A stretch of 64,000 nucleotides of DNA from Candidatus Altimarinota bacterium. GTDB taxonomy: Bacteria > Patescibacteriota > Gracilibacteria > UBA1369 > GCA-2718715. This document shows positions 1 through 10,458 of this stretch, piece after piece. The notes beneath the pieces are model-generated. The model was not told the DNA's origin. It made no database searches and worked only from the letters and a program-made list of their open reading frames with translations. Where the stretch lies: contig JBESAV010000001.1 of NCBI GenBank assembly GCA_041242255.1, positions 64,001 through 128,000 on the forward strand, read 5' to 3'. Each line of letters begins with the position of its first letter. Within the stretch, counting starts at the first letter, position 1. The position numbers were made by a program, and so were the translations under genes.

Positions 1-207
1 AGTCTCATCCACAAGTCTCATCTCTCCCTCACCAACATACTCTCCATTCCATTTTGAATATTTCTCAGCATATTCTTGATCTGCTTCAGGATCACAAACC
101 ATCCAAGGATCCCAACTCTTTGAGTGCTGAAAATCTTTCATAAATTTAAATACCTCAGAAACAGGCTTTTCAATCTTGATAGATTTGTGCACATGATACT
201 TTGCCAT
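1..207 (-). CDS. SRPBCC/polyketide cyclase-family protein (runs off the window edge, 3' end missing)
   Basis: Manual translation from ATG at 207: MAKYHVHKSIKIEKPVSEVFKFMKDFQHSKSWDPW..., a typical SRPBCC N-terminus. Confidence 0.7.
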   Translation of the reverse strand, partial: MAKYHVHKSIKIEKPVSEVFKFMKDFQHSKSWDPWMVCDPEADQEYAEKYSKWNGEYVGEGEMRLVDET

Positions 208-225
208 TTTCAATTGATTAATTTT

Positions 226-768
226 TTATAAAACAGGAGCAATCACTTCATTCAAATACTCCAAATCTTCCTCGTCCACAACCATACAATTTCTTTCTAA
301 AACAACATTTCCACCCACACCAATCAAATCAACCTTCGTTGTATCACAGAAACCATCATTCACAGTATAAACAACTGCATCAATATTAGAGATACTCACA
401 TAATACTGATCAACAAGACCTTCCTGATTCAAAATATCCTCCAAAGCCCTAGGCTCAGTCTCTCTAATTGAATACTTTCTCCATTGAGCAACCTCTCCTT
501 CCCCCATCTCAACCATTGGCCCAAATACCTTCAAACCATCTTCATTCTCATATACGTCTGCAATCATAATCCAAAACATTTCATAATCCATAGGACCAAC
601 CTCCTCACCCATAGCCTCATCATTCATATCTTGTGTATCATCACCAGCAACAACATCATCTTCCATCACTTGAGAGTCATCAATACTCATGTCTTCAGTC
701 GTTACACCACATCCAGCTAAAAACACTAACGTCAATACAGCAATCAAAATCGACCTCATAATTATCAA
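226..768 (-). CDS. Hypothetical acidic lipoprotein
   Basis: Lipobox FLAGC after a hydrophobic signal; D/E-rich linker. Confidence 0.7.
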   Translation of the reverse strand: MIIMRSILIAVLTLVFLAGCGVTTEDMSIDDSQVMEDDVVAGDDTQDMNDEAMGEEVGPMDYEMFWIMIADVYENEDGLKVFGPMVEMGEGEVAQWRKYSIRETEPRALEDILNQEGLVDQYYVSISNIDAVVYTVNDGFCDTTKVDLIGVGGNVVLERNCMVVDEEDLEYLNEVIAPVL

Positions 769-829
769 TTAAATATTTCCCAAATCATATCACATCTATG
801 CTAATATCAAATAAATTTAGAATTCACAT

Positions 830-1897
830 ATGAAAATCAAAAACTTAAACACCTACTTTTTCGTAGCTTGTTTCGTCCTAATAGGATACCTAACTTATCA
901 AATCTACGCACCATTTGTTGTCACAATATTTGTCGCCGCAGTTTTAGCAGTAGTATTCCAAAAACCATATCAAAAAATCTTAAAACTAACCAAAAACAGG
1001 GAAGCCATATCATCTGCCTTAACCTGTCTTTTAGTTTTCTTCGTAATTATCTTACCTCTCAGTTTCGTAGTCAGCTTAATCTCAGCTGAGGTCATCGACC
1101 TAAGCCAACAAGTCCGAAACACTGATTCAGAACTGTACCAGACTCTAGAACCAGCCCTTGCCCAATTAGAAAAGATACCGGTTGTCCAAAACTACATCGA
1201 CAATCCACAACAACTTCTCGAAGACGAAAGAATAACTTCAGCCGCATCCCAAGTAAGCCAATTCGCACTGAGGTACTTCACTAGTTTATCTCAAAGTATA
1301 GCCTCTATTTCTGGTCTAGTAGTAACTATGTTCTTCTCCTTATTCTACTTCTTTATAGATGGAAAAAAGGCAATCAAGAAAGTTATGAACATAAGCCCAT
1401 TGGCAGACAAACATGAAGAACAACTCATCAAAAAATTCACCTCAATGACCAGAGCAACTCTCAAAGGTACTCTTGCCTTAGGACTCATCCAAGGTCTTAT
1501 GGGTGGACTAGCTTTCCTCATAACTGGAGTTAACTCAGTAGCACTCTGGACAGTTATCATGATCGCTCTGTCAGTTATTCCTCTAGTCGGAGCTCCAGTT
1601 GTTATGCTTCCAGCCGCTATCATAATGTTTATCGTAGGGAATATATGGCAAGGTATCTTCCTTCTGATAGCCACAGGAGTAGTCTCAGCTGCAGATAATA
1701 TCTTAAGACCTCAATTAGTTGGAAAAGATGTAGAGATGCATTCTCTTCTAATCTTCTTCTCAACCATTGGAGGGATAGCCGCATTTGGAGTCTTAGGGTT
1801 TGTTATCGGTCCAATCATCATGGCTCTATTCCTAACATTCATAGAAATCTATCAACTCGAATTCAAAGAAGACCTCAAAAAATACAATCAAAAGTAA
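830..1897 (+). CDS. AI-2E family transporter
   Basis: 355 aa multi-TM; family-typical FFFIDG, DNILRPQLVG and GFVIGP segments. Confidence 0.9.
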   Translation: MKIKNLNTYFFVACFVLIGYLTYQIYAPFVVTIFVAAVLAVVFQKPYQKILKLTKNREAISSALTCLLVFFVIILPLSFVVSLISAEVIDLSQQVRNTDSELYQTLEPALAQLEKIPVVQNYIDNPQQLLEDERITSAASQVSQFALRYFTSLSQSIASISGLVVTMFFSLFYFFIDGKKAIKKVMNISPLADKHEEQLIKKFTSMTRATLKGTLALGLIQGLMGGLAFLITGVNSVALWTVIMIALSVIPLVGAPVVMLPAAIIMFIVGNIWQGIFLLIATGVVSAADNILRPQLVGKDVEMHSLLIFFSTIGGIAAFGVLGFVIGPIIMALFLTFIEIYQLEFKEDLKKYNQK

Positions 1898-1904
1898 AAC
1901 CCAT

Positions 1905-1937
1905 AAAAAGCTATCACTTAAATCTGATAGCTTTTTT
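1905..1937. terminator. Bidirectional intrinsic terminator
   Basis: AAAAAGCTATCA-loop-TGATAGCTTTTTT between convergent genes. Confidence 0.7.
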
Positions 1938-2033
1938 AATTATCAAAAATCAACAAAAAGGGTCCAGCCAAAGCTGGACCAAACTCCTCAAATTAAGTTG
2001 TGTTTTAAACTTCCAGAACTTCTTTTACTAAAA

Positions 2034-2417
2034 TTAAATATAAAATTCCTCATAAATCAAACGAAACATATCATGAATATTACTCACTTTATACACAAGG
2101 TATCTTTGAGAGTTAATCCAAAAGTCTACATTATACGAATGTTTCATATACGCATGGAAATTTGGATCGGTAAAATCAAAGTCAAGAACACCAGTACGGG
2201 GTCCATATGAAAAAAACAACCAATCCTGATAAACCTTAGAAATATTCAAAACTTCAAAACCGTCCATAACTTCATAACCAGAAGTTACCGGAACAAGAAT
2301 AAAATATTCAGAATTAACAAAGTTTAGAAAAAGATTAAACTTATTTACAATAGTCATTTGTGACTCCTTTGCTGCAAACAGCATTTTTTGATTTTGACAC
2401 GTAGTCAATCGATACAA
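2034..2417 (-). CDS. Hypothetical protein
   Basis: 127-aa ORF, no recognisable motif; start uncertain. Confidence 0.45.
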   Translation of the reverse strand: MYRLTTCQNQKMLFAAKESQMTIVNKFNLFLNFVNSEYFILVPVTSGYEVMDGFEVLNISKVYQDWLFFSYGPRTGVLDFDFTDPNFHAYMKHSYNVDFWINSQRYLVYKVSNIHDMFRLIYEEFYI

Positions 2418-2648
2418 GAAAAATTACTTCAAAAACTCATAAAACTTCAAAATAAAACACAACTTTTCAATGAACAGTTCTAGAAGCCAAGACACTCTCA
2501 GAAGAGATCTTTAACTTACAAACTAAATTATAAGCAAAAACCTAATCTCTTCAAGTAAAACACTAGACTTGCAACTGTATCCCCAAAATATTTCTCAATT
2601 CATTGATCATACATTAAAATCAAATAAACAATTTAACATTCAGTAAGC

Positions 2649-3278
2649 ATGAAGTTTTTCAAAAAACAAAAGGCTAGTCTTAGCCGGATAGGTGCAGAAT
2701 TAATTGGAACATTTTTCTTATCCAAAATGATTCTTCTAAGTGTAACCGGAAACATTGGACTAAGCGTCCCATTAGCTGCAGCCCTTACTTTAATGGTTTT
2801 CGTTTATACGGTTGGACCAATAAGCGGAGCCCACTTAAACCCAGCTATCACAATCGGGCTTTTAGCTACCAAGAAAATCAAAGTAAAAGAAGCTGCTTGG
2901 TACATCATAGCTCAAATTGTAGGAGCTACTTTAGCCATGTTAAGTATGTATTTAGTTTTCAGCCTACCTGAAGTTTCACCTGATGGGGTAGTATGGCAAA
3001 TCATTCTAGGAGAATTCGTAGGAACCTTTGCTCTAGCTTGGACAGTTTACGCAGTAGCCTCTAAAAAAACTACCGAAGCAGCCTCTGGAATAACAGTAGC
3101 TGGATCTCTTCTTATAGGTATACTTATAGCCAGTCCACTTTCAAACGCAGTCTTAAATCCAGTAGTAGCTCTCGCAATCGGATCAGTCTCAACACTTTAT
3201 CTTCTCACACCAATAGTTGCATCTATATGCGCTATGCTTCTATACAAACACCTAGAATCCTGCGAAATAGAAATATAG
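2649..3278 (+). CDS. MIP/aquaporin family channel
   Basis: SGAHLNPA signature; second motif is NPV; multiple TM segments. Confidence 0.9.
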   Translation: MKFFKKQKASLSRIGAELIGTFFLSKMILLSVTGNIGLSVPLAAALTLMVFVYTVGPISGAHLNPAITIGLLATKKIKVKEAAWYIIAQIVGATLAMLSMYLVFSLPEVSPDGVVWQIILGEFVGTFALAWTVYAVASKKTTEAASGITVAGSLLIGILIASPLSNAVLNPVVALAIGSVSTLYLLTPIVASICAMLLYKHLESCEIEI

Positions 3279-3289
3279 AATATCAGACT

Positions 3290-3320
3290 AAAAACACCTC
3301 CGATTCTAAGAGGTGTTTTT
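3290..3320. terminator. Bidirectional intrinsic terminator
   Basis: AAAAACACCTC...GAGGTGTTTTT between convergent genes. Confidence 0.7.
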
Positions 3321-3754
3321 TAAATATTAAATTTTCTAGCTAACCCTTTTTTAGTATGAACATAGTCAGCCTCTATAATTTTCTCTAAAACTTCCAAATC
3401 CACATCAGCCAACTTATTAATATATAGACAACCCACACCAGTCTTATGCTTACCAAGCTTAGCCAGCAGTTGATCTTTCTTATCAAAATCACTTAAAACA
3501 TATAACGAATGTTTAGTTTTACGAGGGGAGAAACCACAATAAAACCAATCACCCTTCTGAGAACTACGCTCATGCTCATAGTAATATTCACCAAAACCAA
3601 TAATACTATCACCCCATATATATGGTTTTTCGCCAGTTACTCTTTTAAACATCTCTAAAAGCTGAAAAGCTTCAGAACGTCGTCGTTCATGATCTATACT
3701 ATTCAAGTATTCCTCAACATTCTTATCAGTTTTCTTCGTTTTTAACTCTCCCAT
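3320..3754 (-). CDS. DUF1801 (YdhG-like) protein
   Basis: WGDSIIGFG, GFSPRK and LGKHKTGVGCLYINKLADVD motifs. Confidence 0.85.
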   Translation of the reverse strand: MGELKTKKTDKNVEEYLNSIDHERRRSEAFQLLEMFKRVTGEKPYIWGDSIIGFGEYYYEHERSSQKGDWFYCGFSPRKTKHSLYVLSDFDKKDQLLAKLGKHKTGVGCLYINKLADVDLEVLEKIIEADYVHTKKGLARKFNI

Positions 3755-3824
3755 GTTCTAAATTAGACTTAAATACATTGTGCGGTATAACTCAATCCTA
3801 CCTTTAGCTAATCCAATGAGTACT

Positions 3825-4292
3825 CTAATACTCAATTTTATCATCTTTATCCTCCCATTTCTTAAACAGATCAATAGTCTTATCCCTTCCCATTTGAATA
3901 AAAGGAATCTTCCTCTCCTCTATCGCTAAATCAATCTCATCATAAATAAACTTATCATCAAACCCAATCCTAGCTGCATCTTCCTTTTCGCTTCCATAGT
4001 AAACCTTCTCAGGCCTAGACCAATAGATCGCACCGATACACATCGGACAAGGCTCACAAGTAGTATAAAGTTCGCATCCATCCAACTGAAAACTCCCAAG
4101 TTTGGCACAAGCTCTTCTTATAGCCACGACCTCTGCATGAGCTGTCGGGTCATCAGAAGAAGTTACTTCATTTGTACCTTCTGCAACGATAACTCCATCT
4201 TTCACCACAACAGCACCAAACGGACCACCTTTTCCAGAATCCATACTCTGTAGAGCAATATCTATAGCTCTTTGCATAAATTTTTTATCCAT
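3825..4292 (-). CDS. Nucleoside/guanine deaminase (CDA fold, GuaD-like)
   Basis: GGPFGAVVV, HAE and PCPMC zinc motifs; GFDD. Confidence 0.9.
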   Translation of the reverse strand: MDKKFMQRAIDIALQSMDSGKGGPFGAVVVKDGVIVAEGTNEVTSSDDPTAHAEVVAIRRACAKLGSFQLDGCELYTTCEPCPMCIGAIYWSRPEKVYYGSEKEDAARIGFDDKFIYDEIDLAIEERKIPFIQMGRDKTIDLFKKWEDKDDKIEY

Positions 4293-4413
4293 CCTTTCTC
4301 TCTGTTTTATCGTCTTTAGTTATCTTATCCACAATCACATCAGCCACTTTAGTCATAACCGCAGTCACAACCAAGCTCATAATGTAATTCTTAACTTTTT
4401 TACTAAATCTCAT
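4285..4413 (-). CDS. Small 42-aa protein absent from the ORF track
   Basis: MRFSKKVKNYIMSLVVTAVMTKVADVIVDKITKDDKTERKDG*; fills the gap, starting just after the upstream stop and overlapping the deaminase ATG. Confidence 0.55.
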   Translation of the reverse strand: MRFSKKVKNYIMSLVVTAVMTKVADVIVDKITKDDKTERKDG

Positions 4414-4415
4414 AC

Positions 4416-4721
4416 TTATTTTACTCCTTTTAAATAAATCTTCTGATCAAACCCTCCTCTCCTCTCAGCTTTCTCAATTCTAACTTCTTCTAAGTATACC
4501 ATATCTTTACCCTTCATCTCTAATACTTTCCTAATCACTTCCATAACATCTGCTAACTCCTCAATCTCCCCGGACCCCAAAAACTCATCCACCTCCTCCT
4601 GTAGTTTCTTCAAAAGCTCATCATAAAACCTCTCATCTTCTAAAGTTTCAACCAAAGGCTCCTCTCCATTTTTCTCAATAATCTCAGGAATACGATCCCG
4701 AACAAGTTTATTATATTTCAT
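4416..4721 (-). CDS. MazG-like nucleoside triphosphate pyrophosphohydrolase
   Basis: YNKLVRDRIPEII, KLQEEVDE, EELADVMEV and RGGF motifs. Confidence 0.85.
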   Translation of the reverse strand: MKYNKLVRDRIPEIIEKNGEEPLVETLEDERFYDELLKKLQEEVDEFLGSGEIEELADVMEVIRKVLEMKGKDMVYLEEVRIEKAERRGGFDQKIYLKGVK

Positions 4722-5385
4722 TTAACAAATTTAAAACTTCCTCTCCAACTTTCTTAGCCGATGCTGGGTTTTGTCCTGTCACAAGTCTTTCATCTACCTC
4801 AACATGCTCTTGCCATAAATCAGATTTTTCAAATTTAGCACCTCTTTCTCTAAGTTTTGACTCAAGCAAAAAAGGTACAACATTCTCTAATCCTATCTTT
4901 TTCTCTTCAGCATCTGTAAATGAGTTCACTTTCTTACCATCTACTAAATAGTTACCATTACTCATCTTCAAATTAACCAAAGCCGCAGGACCATGACAAA
5001 CAGCACTAACCACACCTCCATTTTCGTAAATCTCTCGACCTATTTTTTGTAAATCTTCATTTTCAGGAAAATCCCACATAGTTCCATGACCACCCACAAA
5101 ATGAATCGCAGAATATTTTGACGAATCAACTTCACTTGGTTTCATCGTATTTTTAATCTTTAACTGATACTCATCGCTTTCCCAAAACTCTTTATTGGTT
5201 TCATCACTCAAGTCAAAAGCATCAATAGGAGCCACCCCTCCTTTCGGACTGACAAAATCAATCTCATATCCAGCCTCATGCAACACCTTCCAAGGATGCG
5301 AAGCTTCAGACATATGAAACCCAGTTGGAACACCAGCCCCTCCTCTCTCAGAATGACTAGTTAACACAAATAAAATCTTTTTCAT
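4711..5385 (-). CDS. DJ-1/PfpI (Hsp31-like, GATase1) protein
   Basis: GGHGTMWD, AVCHGP nucleophile and TGQNPAS. Confidence 0.9.
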   Translation of the reverse strand: MKKILFVLTSHSERGGAGVPTGFHMSEASHPWKVLHEAGYEIDFVSPKGGVAPIDAFDLSDETNKEFWESDEYQLKIKNTMKPSEVDSSKYSAIHFVGGHGTMWDFPENEDLQKIGREIYENGGVVSAVCHGPAALVNLKMSNGNYLVDGKKVNSFTDAEEKKIGLENVVPFLLESKLRERGAKFEKSDLWQEHVEVDERLVTGQNPASAKKVGEEVLNLLNEI

Positions 5386-5429
5386 CTCAAATTATTAAAT
5401 CTACTAACATACTATCACACAAGCCAAAA

Positions 5430-6899
5430 CTACCTCAGATGTTGATCAAAAAACTCAACATTAGAACTCATAAATTCAGGCCAATCTGCTATCAACTCAT
5501 GCGGCCCTCCTTCATAAACATTATAAGTAAGATCAGAACCAATACTCTCAGCTGCAACATTCAACTTATCAGCCCACTCAATAGGCGTAGAATCATCAGC
5601 ACTTCCCTGCTGCAACAGAACTGGAGCTTCTAACCTATCCAGATAATTTATAGGAGAAACACCATCCCAAAAAACAGGATTTTCCTCAAAATCACCATAC
5701 TTTTGGAGTATCAACTCCCCTATTCGATCTCCCCTAGTCCATTTATCAAAGTTATCTCTATAGTCAGCACTTACAGGAGCATAAAGGACTACTGCATCCA
5801 CCAAATCAGGCAAAGCAACCATTATATTACTGGTGATCCCACCCCCCATAGAGTGCCCAAGCATTCCTATATTTTCTTTATCCATAAATTCAAAATCAGA
5901 ACCTTCAATAGCCTTTACTAGATTTACAACATCTTCCGTATATCCAAATCTCAAATTAATCCCATTATTCCCAACCTCACTTGAAAAAGCATGGTTTCTA
6001 TAATCAGGATGAATCACAACATATCCCTCCCTTGCAAAATAATCCTGCTCTCTCTTTAAACCACGTCCAAGTGTATATATATCTGGATCAATATAACCAT
6101 GATTCAAAACTAATACTGGATGAGGCCCCTCAGATTTTGGCACATTCATAATCCCTGAAATATCCAAAACACCACTCTTATAATTTATCTGATATCTAGT
6201 ATAAGACTCATTCTCTGACAAAGTTTGAACAATCTCTAACTCCCTGCCATCAAAATTTCTTTCCGAAAAATCCATCAACGACACCTCCCTATCCTCAAAA
6301 AAACTCATTGGATCAATCCATTCCAAGAGTTCATCTTCACTAGCTACATAACCTCTCGTATCCAGATCAATACCTGGCTTAACTCCTAAATGCAAATGTT
6401 TTCTTTCTCCATCAGTCTCTTCACTAAAACCTTCCCCCAATACTCCGATCTCCTCTCCTTTCTCAACTCTATCCTCAAGAATCATCGAATCAGGATCAAG
6501 ATGACCGTATAAAAAAGAATAAACTTCGCCATCAATTTCATGACTCAAAATCAAAACTCCCCCATAGCCATCAACCACATCTCGAAACTCAACAACTCCA
6601 TCTTCTACAGCCAAAACAGGAGTATCACTCTCTTCCAAAGACTCAATATCCAAACCAGTATGATATCCAGTAAATCGCTCACCTTCCACAGGTGAATTAC
6701 TTGGTGATACATACAAACCATAATCTTTATACAAAATACCTTCTCTAAAATTCTCCACCGGTTCAACTATCCCCTCATCTCTTTCAACCTCAACATTCTC
6801 TTCAGTCTGCTCTATATCAGAAACCAAGCCAGTCAAATCACCTACATCAGCACATCCAAACAATCCAACTGACATCAAAACCAAACATAAAAAACGCAT
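5430..6899 (-). CDS. Lipoprotein fusing an M23 peptidase and an S9-type alpha/beta hydrolase
   Basis: Lipobox LFGC; M23 HTGLD, YGHL and HLH; hydrolase GHSMGG with downstream D and H. Confidence 0.8.
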   Translation of the reverse strand: MRFLCLVLMSVGLFGCADVGDLTGLVSDIEQTEENVEVERDEGIVEPVENFREGILYKDYGLYVSPSNSPVEGERFTGYHTGLDIESLEESDTPVLAVEDGVVEFRDVVDGYGGVLILSHEIDGEVYSFLYGHLDPDSMILEDRVEKGEEIGVLGEGFSEETDGERKHLHLGVKPGIDLDTRGYVASEDELLEWIDPMSFFEDREVSLMDFSERNFDGRELEIVQTLSENESYTRYQINYKSGVLDISGIMNVPKSEGPHPVLVLNHGYIDPDIYTLGRGLKREQDYFAREGYVVIHPDYRNHAFSSEVGNNGINLRFGYTEDVVNLVKAIEGSDFEFMDKENIGMLGHSMGGGITSNIMVALPDLVDAVVLYAPVSADYRDNFDKWTRGDRIGELILQKYGDFEENPVFWDGVSPINYLDRLEAPVLLQQGSADDSTPIEWADKLNVAAESIGSDLTYNVYEGGPHELIADWPEFMSSNVEFFDQHLR

Positions 6900-6949
6900 A
6901 CAAAAGTCTTAAATCTAAAACAATTCTATCACACACCAAAAATCACCTT

Positions 6950-7411
6950 TTAGAAGAATTCAGCTTGAAAATCCTCAAGGTCAATTCCAGTAACAGTCTC
7001 TCCTTCAACTACATCAACCATCAATAAAACATGATCTTCACAATCATTTGCATCACCACAAGCTGTATAGCCTCCGATTACATCAGGTGCTCCAGAAACT
7101 TCTGTTTTAGAGAAAACTTTATATGAACCAGCTGGGACCTCTATTCTATAACCAATACCATAAGTATACTCATCCCCCTCTAAAGTTTGATATATACCAC
7201 AAGAACTTCCTCTTTCATTTTCAGTACAAACCATCAAATTATCAGGAATCCCCTCACTCGGATACGCCAATGATCCTTCTATATAACCATTACCTTCCAT
7301 AGGCTCGTTCATTGATCCGCTATCAAATCCTGTTTCAGAATCATAAGAAACTTGATAACTACATCCACCCAAAGCCAACGCCATCAAAGATACAAACAAA
7401 AACTTTCTCAT
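6950..7411 (-). CDS. Hypothetical lipoprotein
   Basis: Lipobox LGGC. Confidence 0.7.
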   Translation of the reverse strand: MRKFLFVSLMALALGGCSYQVSYDSETGFDSGSMNEPMEGNGYIEGSLAYPSEGIPDNLMVCTENERGSSCGIYQTLEGDEYTYGIGYRIEVPAGSYKVFSKTEVSGAPDVIGGYTACGDANDCEDHVLLMVDVVEGETVTGIDLEDFQAEFF

Positions 7412-7486
7412 TTTCTCAAATTAAATTCTAAAAACATTTTACTACACCAAAAAAGACTAGCAAGTTACCCCACTAGTCAGTTTAGT

Positions 7487-8878
7487 TTATGCTTCTGCTA
7501 TTTTCTTATTTATTACTTTCCATATCCAGATAAATCCTAACAACGAAGCAACCACACTTCCTACCATCAATGACAACCAAACTCCGTTTATAGACATCTC
7601 CAAGCTATTCACAACCCAATAAGCACCAGCAATAATTAAAGCCACTCTTCCAAAAGTTATCCAAAATCCTGGCCATGACCTACCAAACCCCTGAAACAAA
7701 CTTGTCTCAATAAATGCCATGGCAAAGAAAGGATAACCTAAAGGCACAATCCTAAAGTAAGCCAAAGCATATTCAGTAACCACAGTATCATCCGTAAATA
7801 CACCAACAATCATCGGAGCCCCTAAGAATACCAGAACACTAAAAAGCAAAGCCGCTCCAGCTCCAAACTTCACTGCAGTCAGAATTATTTCTTTAAGTCT
7901 CTGAAAATCTTTCGCTCCAAGATTTTGCCCCATCATTGCCATCGCTCCAAAACCAAATCCAACTGCAGGAATAAAGGCAAAAAACTCAATCCTAAACCCT
8001 ATCGAAAAAGCTGCTGCTCCAGCCTCCAAAAATGCTCCTGAAACCAACGCTGTTAAAAACAAGAAAGACAACGGATTCAAAGTCTGAGTGAAAGAAGCCG
8101 GCAAACCAATATCAATCACCTTCTTCACTGATTTCCATTTCAGTCCTAGATTACTTAACTTCAACCTCACCAACATCTGCTCACTCATCAACATTTTCAA
8201 AGCCAAAACCAAAAAGACAAACTGAGCAATCAAAGTAGCATAAGCTGCTCCAGCTATCCCAAACCCTCCAAAACTACCAAACCCAAATATCAACAAAGGA
8301 TCCAAAACAACATTCACCAAAGTCGAAATAGCAAAGTATTTAGTAGCAGTAAGATTATCTCCCTGAGCATTAAAAGCAGTTGAGGCGTTCATCATCAAAA
8401 ACATCAAAACCGACCCCAAAGAAGTAATAGAAAAATAACTCAATGCCATCGGAAAAATATCTCCTATAGCTCCTGAAACTGTCAAAAACTGCTCCTTAAA
8501 GATCATTGCAATCACCGTAAAGAAAATAGCAGCAATAAAAGCCAAGCTAAACCCCTGCCCCATAACTTCCTCAGCTTGTTCCTTCTCACCAGCTCCCATC
8601 TTAATCCCCATCAAAACCGAAGAACCAACCGACAAACCCATTGAAAGAGAAATCATCACAAACAAAGACAACTGTGATATTGAAACAGCCGCTATAGCAG
8701 CAGGCGAAATCTTCGCCACCCAAAAAGCATCAACTAGATTGTAAAATGTATGAAAAAACATAGACAACATCATCGGCCAAGACAACTTCCACAGATGTTT
8801 ACCAATAGATCCTTTAGTTAAATCAACTCCGTGCATAAACTCAATTATATTTGCCCGGATTATATGCCTATTTGACAC
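7487..8878 (-). CDS. MATE family efflux transporter
   Basis: Multi-TM; YNLVDAFWV, NVVLDPLLIFG and GIAGAAYAT; true start may be the downstream Met (MHGVDLTKG). Confidence 0.9.
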   Translation of the reverse strand: MSNRHIIRANIIEFMHGVDLTKGSIGKHLWKLSWPMMLSMFFHTFYNLVDAFWVAKISPAAIAAVSISQLSLFVMISLSMGLSVGSSVLMGIKMGAGEKEQAEEVMGQGFSLAFIAAIFFTVIAMIFKEQFLTVSGAIGDIFPMALSYFSITSLGSVLMFLMMNASTAFNAQGDNLTATKYFAISTLVNVVLDPLLIFGFGSFGGFGIAGAAYATLIAQFVFLVLALKMLMSEQMLVRLKLSNLGLKWKSVKKVIDIGLPASFTQTLNPLSFLFLTALVSGAFLEAGAAAFSIGFRIEFFAFIPAVGFGFGAMAMMGQNLGAKDFQRLKEIILTAVKFGAGAALLFSVLVFLGAPMIVGVFTDDTVVTEYALAYFRIVPLGYPFFAMAFIETSLFQGFGRSWPGFWITFGRVALIIAGAYWVVNSLEMSINGVWLSLMVGSVVASLLGFIWIWKVINKKIAEA

Positions 8879-8890
8879 AAATACAATCCC

Positions 8891-9262
8891 TTATCTATTC
8901 CTTAAAATAGATTCCATTTTCTTTCCCCTAGCCAACTCATCCACCAGCTTATCCATATACCGACCTTTCCTCACTAACTCATCTTCAATCTCTTCCACTC
9001 TATATCCACAAATCACGCCAGTGATCAAATCTGCATTTTCATGAATCTTCGCCTTCTCAAAAAAACGTTCAAAATCCACATCACTCTCAGCCAACTCAGC
9101 AAGTTCATCAGCTGAAAAACCAGTCAGCCAACTCAAAACAGTATCCAGTTCATCTTTGGATCTGCCTTTCTTCTCAATCTTTGCCAAATAAAGCGGATAG
9201 ATATCAGCAAACTTCAGCTTAGCCATCCTATCTCTATGAGCCTGAGTAACTTTCATATCCAA
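8891..9262 (-). CDS. DUF2200 family protein
   Basis: YPLYLAKIEKKGRS, ITGVICGYRVEEIE and YMDKLVDELA. Confidence 0.85.
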   Translation of the reverse strand: MDMKVTQAHRDRMAKLKFADIYPLYLAKIEKKGRSKDELDTVLSWLTGFSADELAELAESDVDFERFFEKAKIHENADLITGVICGYRVEEIEDELVRKGRYMDKLVDELARGKKMESILRNR

Positions 9263-9274
9263 AATTTAATGTAA

Positions 9275-9364
9275 TGGCGGAGAGGAAGGGATTCGAACCC
9301 TCGATACGGTTACCCGCATACACGCTTTCCAAGCGTGCTCCTTCAGCCACTCGGACACCTCTCC
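9275..9364 (-). tRNA. tRNA-Ser(GGA)
   Basis: GGAGAGG...CACGC-TTGGAAA-GCGTG, long variable arm, GGTTCGAATCC T-loop, encoded CCA; 90 nt. Confidence 0.97.
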
Positions 9365-9447
9365 ACTACAAAGCCAAATATACAACAAACCACTAAACTA
9401 ACCAAACCAATTATGTTACAATATAGTGAGTTAATTAAAATTTAAAA

Positions 9448-10125
9448 ATGAACCTAGAAATGCAAAACCAATTCGACGAATTAGAAAACAATTCTCCAAA
9501 AGCAGATGAAAGCTTAGAAGTAAAAGCAATGACTTCAGCCGAACTCCTGCAAGGCGCACTCGCCTCTTCCGAACTAATGGAACAAATCACTGGTGAACTT
9601 TTAGAAAACCCAAAACTTGCCAAAAAACTTAATCTAGACACCACAGACCCAATCCAACTAGAACTTGAAGTAGGTCGAACCATCCAAAAGCTAGAATCAA
9701 TGTCAGGTCAGCTCACAGACATCATCGAGCTAATCGCTATCATCCTAGTAAACCCAAAAGGCCTTGTTAAAAAATATAAAACAGTCGGAAAAGTAATGAG
9801 CCAGAACGCAGCCGTTCTCGATGAGTTTGAAAACAGACTCGACAACCTAACTGCAGATGAAAACATGCTCAAAGTCGCTTTAGGATACCTAGGAAAACTA
9901 AATCTAAAAATGAACCCAACCTACACAGGATCCAAACTAGTAGCTTACCTCAGCCAACTCACTGGGATTGTCACAGAGGAAGAAACAGCTCAAATGCAAT
10001 CCAACACCGAGCTCCTCGACACTCCAGGCCTAAACATATACATCATCTGGACACTCCTCAAAGACAGTCCGGAACTAACCAAAGAAATCTACGAAACAGC
10101 CATGCAAATCAAAGAACAAGCCTAA
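9448..10125 (+). CDS. Hypothetical helical protein
   Basis: 225-aa ORF followed by a terminator. Confidence 0.65.
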   Translation: MNLEMQNQFDELENNSPKADESLEVKAMTSAELLQGALASSELMEQITGELLENPKLAKKLNLDTTDPIQLELEVGRTIQKLESMSGQLTDIIELIAIILVNPKGLVKKYKTVGKVMSQNAAVLDEFENRLDNLTADENMLKVALGYLGKLNLKMNPTYTGSKLVAYLSQLTGIVTEEETAQMQSNTELLDTPGLNIYIIWTLLKDSPELTKEIYETAMQIKEQA

Positions 10126-10128
10126 CAA

Positions 10129-10156
10129 AAAAGACCTCTCAGCCGAGAGGTCTTTT
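10129..10156. terminator. Bidirectional intrinsic terminator
   Basis: AAAAGACCTCTC-AGCC-GAGAGGTCTTTT. Confidence 0.8.
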
Positions 10157-10173
10157 CAGTAAATCAATCAAAA

Positions 10174-10458
10174 TTATCTTTGCATTTGTTTGATCATTTT
10201 GTTCACAACTCTTTTTTCATTGTTGAAAGCTTTCTTTCTCATTTTTCTAGCAAACCCAAGCATTTTTTGAGGGTTTTTAGTTAGAGTTTTAATAGCTTTT
10301 GCTGAAACTCTTGCGTAGAAAAAGTCTCCAGTTTCTGGATCCATAAATTTTTTCCAGAAAAGATTTGGTTTGAAAGTTCTTTTTGTTTTGCGTTGAGAGT
10401 GGCTGACATTTTGTCCGCTTGTAGTTCTCTTCCCGCTAAAATCACATACTCTAGCCAT
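10174..10458 (-). CDS. rpmB: 50S ribosomal protein L28
   Basis: [33 protein letters not shown]; C-terminal extension. Confidence 0.95.
   Translation of the reverse strand: MARVCDFSGKRTTSGQNVSHSQRKTKRTFKPNLFWKKFMDPETGDFFYARVSAKAIKTLTKNPQKMLGFARKMRKKAFNNEKRVVNKMIKQMQR

Noticed and set aside
9275-9364. tRNA-Ser as a second integration site
   Set aside because: I noticed no duplicated fragment or adjacent integrase.
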